35,345 bases of DNA. Origin: Alphaproteobacteria bacterium (GTDB taxonomy: Bacteria; Pseudomonadota; Alphaproteobacteria; UBA6615). How positions within the stretch are numbered: the stretch's first letter is position 1; each line of letters begins with the position of its first letter. The notes beneath the pieces are model-generated. The model was not told where the DNA came from. It searched no databases and saw only the letters and a program-made list of their open reading frames with translations. The stretch lies in the NCBI GenBank assembly GCA_965261975.1, contig CBDHEC010000004.1, positions 1-35,345 of the forward strand. The letters are read 5' to 3'. A program made the translations under genes and the position numbers. Of this stretch, positions 31,110 to 35,345 are shown piece by piece.

Positions 31110-33301
31110 TTACTCGGCGGCATCGCGGTCCCGGCGCGGGCGGCGGCGGCGCGGACGATCGTCCCCGTCTCCGTCTCCACGGGGCTCACGCGGCGGGCGC
31201 GTGTCCTCGAGTTCCTCGCCGGTCTCCTGGTCGACGACGCGCATCGACAGCTTGACCTTGCCGCGGTCGTCCATACCGATGACCTTGACCTTCACCTCGT
31301 CGCCCTCGTTGATCACGTCGGTCACCTGACCCACGCGCTCGTTCTTGAGCTCGGAGATGTGGACGAGGCCGTCGCGCGATCCGAAGAAGTTCACGAAGGC
31401 GCCGAAATCGACGACCTTCACGACCTTGCCGTCGTAGATCACGCCGACTTCCGGCTCGGCCACGATGGAGGTGATCCAGTCGATCGCCTTCTGGGCTGCC
31501 TCGCCATCGGACGAGGCGACCTTGATCAGGCCCTCATCGTCGATATCGACCTTACAGCCGGTCACTTCGCAGATCTCGCGGATGACCTTGCCGCCCGTGC
31601 CGATCACTTCCCGGATCTTGTCGGTCGGGATCTGCATGGTGGTGATGCGCGGCGCATGCTCGGACAGCTCCACCCGGCCGGAATCGATGGCGCTGGCCAT
31701 CTCGCCCAGGATGTGGATCCGGCCGTCGCGGGCCTGGTCGAGGGCGATCTCCATGATCTCCTTGGTGATGGACGTGATCTTGATGTCCATCTGGAGCGAG
31801 GTGATGCCTTCATCCGTGCCGGCGACCTTGAAGTCCATGTCGCCGAGATGATCCTCGTCACCGAGAATATCCGACAGGACCGCATAGCCGTCGTCTTCCT
31901 TGATCAGGCCCATCGCGATGCCCGCGACCGGCGCCTTCAGGGGCACGCCCGCATCCATCATGGCCAGCGACGAACCGCAGACCGTGGCCATCGAGGACGA
32001 GCCGTTCGATTCGGTGATCTCGGAGACCACGCGGATCGTGTAGGGGAAGTCCTCCTTTGGCCGGCAGCAGCGGACGCAGGGCCCGCCAGGCAAGCTTGCC
32101 ATGGCCCACTTCGCGGCGCCCGGTGAAGCCCGATACGACCGGTCTCACCGACCGAATAGGGCGGGAAGTTGTAGTGGAGCAGGAAATGCTCACGATACTC
32201 GCCCTCGAGCGCATCGATGATCTGCTCGTCCTGGCCGGTGCCCAACGTGGCCACGACCATCGCCTGGGTCTCGCCCCGGGTGAACAGTGCCGAACCATGG
32301 GAGCGCGGCAGGATCGAGATCTGGCTCTCGATGGCCCGCACCGTCTTGGTGTCGCGGCCGTCGATCCGTTCGCCCGTGTCGAGAATGGCGCGGCGGACCA
32401 CGTCTTTCTCAAGCGTCTTGAGCGGACCGCTGGCGATCGCGGCTTCCTCTTCGGAAAGCTGCTCGATCACGGCCTTCTTGGCGGCCGAGACCTTTTCCTG
32501 GCGCGCGAGCTTCTCTTTCTCGGTGTAGGCCTCGCGGATGCCGGCCTCGCCGAGTTCGCGAACCTTCGCTTCGAGGTCGAGGACCTCCTGCGGGGTCTCG
32601 CTGACCGGGCGCGGCTCCTTCGCCGCCCGTTCCGCCAGGTCGATGATCGCGTTGATCACTTCCTGATAGGCTTCATGGCCGAACATCACCGCACCGAGCA
32701 TCACCTCTTCGGTCAGCTCATTGGCCTGTGATTCGACCATCAGCACGCCCTCGCTGGTGCCCGCGACGACCAGGTCGAGCGCGGATTCTTCCAGCTGGTC
32801 GGCCGTCGGGTTCAGCACATACTCGCCGTCGATGTAACCGACGCGCGCGGCACCGATCGGGCCCATGAAGGGCATGCCCGAAATCGTCAGGGCCGCCGAC
32901 GCACCGATCAGCGCCGCGATGTCCGGATCATTCTCCAGATCGTGGCTGACGGTGGTGCAGATCACCTGGGTTTCGTTGCGATAGCTCTTGTGGAAGAGCG
33001 GGCGGATCGGACGGTCGATCAGGCGCGAGGTGAGAACCTCTTTCTCCGTGGGGCGTCCTTCACGCTTGAAGAAGCCACCCGGGATCTTGCCCGCCGCGTA
33101 GGTCTTTTCCTGGTAGTGAACGGTGAGCGGGAAGAAATCCAGCCCCTCGCGCGGCGCATGTTCGCCGACCGTGGTGCAGAGCACCGAGGATTCACCGTAT
33201 GTGACGAGGACGGCCCCGTCGGCCTGACGGGCGATATGCCCGGTCTCCAGGATGAGCGGACGCCCACCCCAATTGATTTCCTTACGAACAATGTCAAACA
33301 T
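31110..33301 (-). CDS. pnp: Polyribonucleotide nucleotidyltransferase (PNPase); two extra bases at ~32129-32131 and ~32056-32058 (729 aa if corrected)
   Basis: [50 protein letters not shown] and [13 protein letters not shown], plus KH and S1 domains. The corrected junction reads [33 protein letters not shown]. Confidence 0.97.
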
Positions 33302-33509
33302 CGCTTATCTCTCAACCTGCGTCATCCGTTCGGGCCAACCCCAAACGAATGCCCCGTGCCATCGGGGTCTTCGCGCCGTCACGCAATAGAGTTTTGACGG
33401 CGTGTGCACGGATGGTCCGTGCGGGCCAGACCGGGGACACCGGATTGTGTCCGTGGGCCTGTCGTCATGGCGCCGGGCCATGCCCGCGCCGGTAACAAAG
33501 GCAATCGCG

Positions 33510-33779
33510 TTAGCGGCGAATGCCCAAACGCTCGATCAGGGTGCGGTAACGCGCTTCATTCTTGCGCCGCGTGTAGTCGAGCAAACGACGCCGCTGGCCC
33601 ACCATAAGAAGGAGGCCACGGCGTGAATGATGATCCTTGGCGTGGGTCTGCAGGTGCTCGGTCAGGTTCCTGATGCGCTCCGTCAGGATCGCGACCTGAA
33701 CCTCGGGCGAGCCCGTGTCCCCAGCCTTGGTCTGGTATTCGTTGATGAGTTCGGTTTTACGCTCAGGCGTAATCGACAT
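33510..33779 (-). CDS. rpsO: 30S ribosomal protein S15
   Basis: 89 aa; [23 protein letters not shown] and LGIRR. Confidence 0.99.
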   Translation of the reverse strand: MSITPERKTELINEYQTKAGDTGSPEVQVAILTERIRNLTEHLQTHAKDHHSRRGLLLMVGQRRRLLDYTRRKNEARYRTLIERLGIRR

Positions 33780-33785
33780 GCTTTT

Positions 33786-34725
33786 CTAGCTCCCGGTATC
33801 GAGATTTAAAACACGGACCGGACGGGATCTGGATGCCGTCGACACGAACGAGCGCTACGGGCGTCGTCGCCTCGAGGGCCAGGACGATACCGTCGTCCCC
33901 AGCCGTCGCAATCCGTTCCCTGTCTTGCGGTCGCAAGACCGGAACCGCCTGCCCATTGCGAAGCATTCCCGCTTCCCTGTCAGACAAGGCCAGCGCCGGG
34001 ATACCGTCCAGCGCGGTCTCAATCGGTAACAATATGGGTGAGGCGGCGGCACTATGGCCAAGTTCCTCCAGCATTTCCAGAGAAATCGAAGCCGATTCTT
34101 CAAACGGTCCAACGGCCACGCGGCGCAGATCCGACAAGTGGCCGCAGGTGCCGACCGCGATTGCCAGGTCGCGGGCCAGCGCACGCATATAGGCGCCCTT
34201 CCCCGACGTCACGGCGAACCGCGCACGATCGGCGTCGAGGATCTCGACCAGATCGAACGCGTTGATTTCAATCGTCCGCGCCTCGAGGACCACGTCTTCG
34301 CCCGCGCGGGCCTTGGCATAGGCCCGCTGGCCGTCGATCTTGATCGCCGAATAGGCCGGCGGCACTTGTTCAATATGGCCCACAAAGGCCGGCAGCGCGG
34401 CTTCGATCGCCGCCCGGTCCGGGCGCGCTTGAGACGTTTCAACAATATCGCCATCCGCATCGTCGGTCTCGGTGCGCGCGCCCCAATTGACCGTGAAGGT
34501 GTAGCTTTTCGAGCTGTCGGTGACATAGGGCATGGTCTTGGTCGCCTCGCCCAGCGCGATTGGCAGGATTCCCGTCGCCGAGGGGTCCAGGGTGCCGGCA
34601 TGGCCCAGCTTGGCCGCGCCCGTGGCGCGCCGCACCGCGTTGACACAGCCCGCCGACGTCATGCCGGCCGGTTTATCGAGATTGAACCAGCCGTTGATCG
34701 ACAGGCCCTTGCGCCGGCGTCCCAT
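33786..34725 (-). CDS. truB: tRNA pseudouridine(55) synthase; one extra base at ~33824-33826 alters the last residues (312 aa if corrected)
   Basis: GHAGTLDP, QVPPAYSAIKIDG and KGAYMRALARD. The corrected C-terminus is IRPVRVLNLDTGS with the stop 6 nt before rpsO. The uncorrected ORF ends at 33763 and overlaps rpsO. Confidence 0.96.
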
Positions 34726-35162
34726 CAGTTTTCGGTCTCATCCGTTGCCGCATCGCCGTCGTCGTCGCTGACCAGATCGCGTGCGACCTCGGGCCGGTGC
34801 ATAATGGATTCGATCCGCGAGGCTTCCTCGAAGCTCTTGTCGTAGACGAAGCTCAGTGCCGGCAGATACTTCAGATGCACCACGCGCGCCAGTTGCCCGC
34901 GCAGATAGCGGGCGGCCCGGTTGAGCCCCGCAACCATGGGTTCCGCCTCGCCGTCGAGCGGCAGGACGAACAACGTGGCGTTGCGCAAATCCGGGCTCAC
35001 CCGCACTTCCGTGACGGTGATCGCCATGTCGGCCAGCTCGGAATCGCGGAACGCCGCCCGGCGAAGGATCTCCGACATGGCATGGCGGATTTCCTCGCCC
35101 ACGCGCAACTGGCGTTGGGACGGCGCTTTGCCTTTGCGGGCATTCTGCGCGTTCCGATTCAT
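34725..35162 (-). CDS. rbfA: Ribosome-binding factor A
   Basis: RQLRVGEEIRH, VTEVRVSPDLRNA and YDKSFEEASRI; lies between infB and truB. Confidence 0.96.
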   Translation of the reverse strand: MNRNAQNARKGKAPSQRQLRVGEEIRHAMSEILRRAAFRDSELADMAITVTEVRVSPDLRNATLFVLPLDGEAEPMVAGLNRAARYLRGQLARVVHLKYLPALSFVYDKSFEEASRIESIMHRPEVARDLVSDDDGDAATDETEN

Positions 35163-35229
35163 GGGCGGGCTGTTTTCAGTTCCGTTTCGACCATGCGCAT
35201 CAGGCGCCGGCCCTTTGACGTTGCGCCGG

Positions 35230-35345
35230 TCAGCTCGCCTCGAGCTGACGGGCGATTTCCTGCACTTCGAAGCACTCGATCACGTCACCCGGCTGGATGT
35301 CGTTGTAATTCTCGAGCGCGATACCGCATTCGTAGCCGTTCTGGA
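35230..35345 (-). CDS. infB: Translation initiation factor IF-2, C-terminal fragment (gene starts beyond the window)
   Basis: Manual translation [37 protein letters not shown]-stop; canonical infB-rbfA-truB-rpsO-pnp order. Confidence 0.93.
   Translation of the reverse strand, partial: QNGYECGIALENYNDIQPGDVIECFEVQEIARQLEAS

Noticed and set aside
28687-31329. 880-aa large subunit with a novel Arg/Ser-rich C-terminal extension
   Set aside because: Frameshift artefact: it reads through the terminator into antisense pnp, while the conserved C-terminus lies in other frames and stops at 31013.

Overview
High-GC alphaproteobacterial core-chromosome window; the gene order looks Rhodospirillales-like, which is an inference. 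From left to right: a class A penicillin-binding protein (partial), gyrB, recF, dnaN, dnaA, rpsT, enoyl-CoA hydratase, a secreted hypothetical protein and mutM (all minus strand); ubiE-ubiB and coaBC-dut-Rrf2-cysK-moeB (plus); a 2-hydroxyacid dehydrogenase (minus) and an SH3-domain protein (plus); DUF3501-like protein, Fe-S oxidoreductase, rubrerythrin and irr (minus); fabA-fabB-fabI (plus); a PiT transporter and NUDIX hydrolase (minus); a three-subunit xanthine-dehydrogenase-family molybdoenzyme (plus); and pnp, rpsO, truB, rbfA and the 3' end of infB (minus). I saw no mobile element, CRISPR array, tRNA or rRNA. Six single-base homopolymer insertions break gyrB, the molybdoenzyme large subunit, pnp and truB; these are most likely assembly errors. 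The best leads are regulatory: (1) an Rrf2 protein lacking the IscR Cys triad and ending in DYTI directly upstream of cysK, a candidate CymR-like CysK-docking regulator; (2) a near-consensus Pho box in front of a DIPP-like NUDIX-PiT operon; (3) an Irr box on the promoter of the rubrerythrin/Fe-S oxidoreductase/DUF3501 operon, next to irr itself; (4) NrdR-like boxes in front of coaBC-dut; (5) a 5.9 kb block bounded by two identical 24-bp terminators in inverted orientation, carrying a molybdoenzyme with a non-CODH AYRAPGA motif; and (6) a possibly ~470-nt structured dnaA leader. All product calls come from motif recognition by eye; no searches were run.
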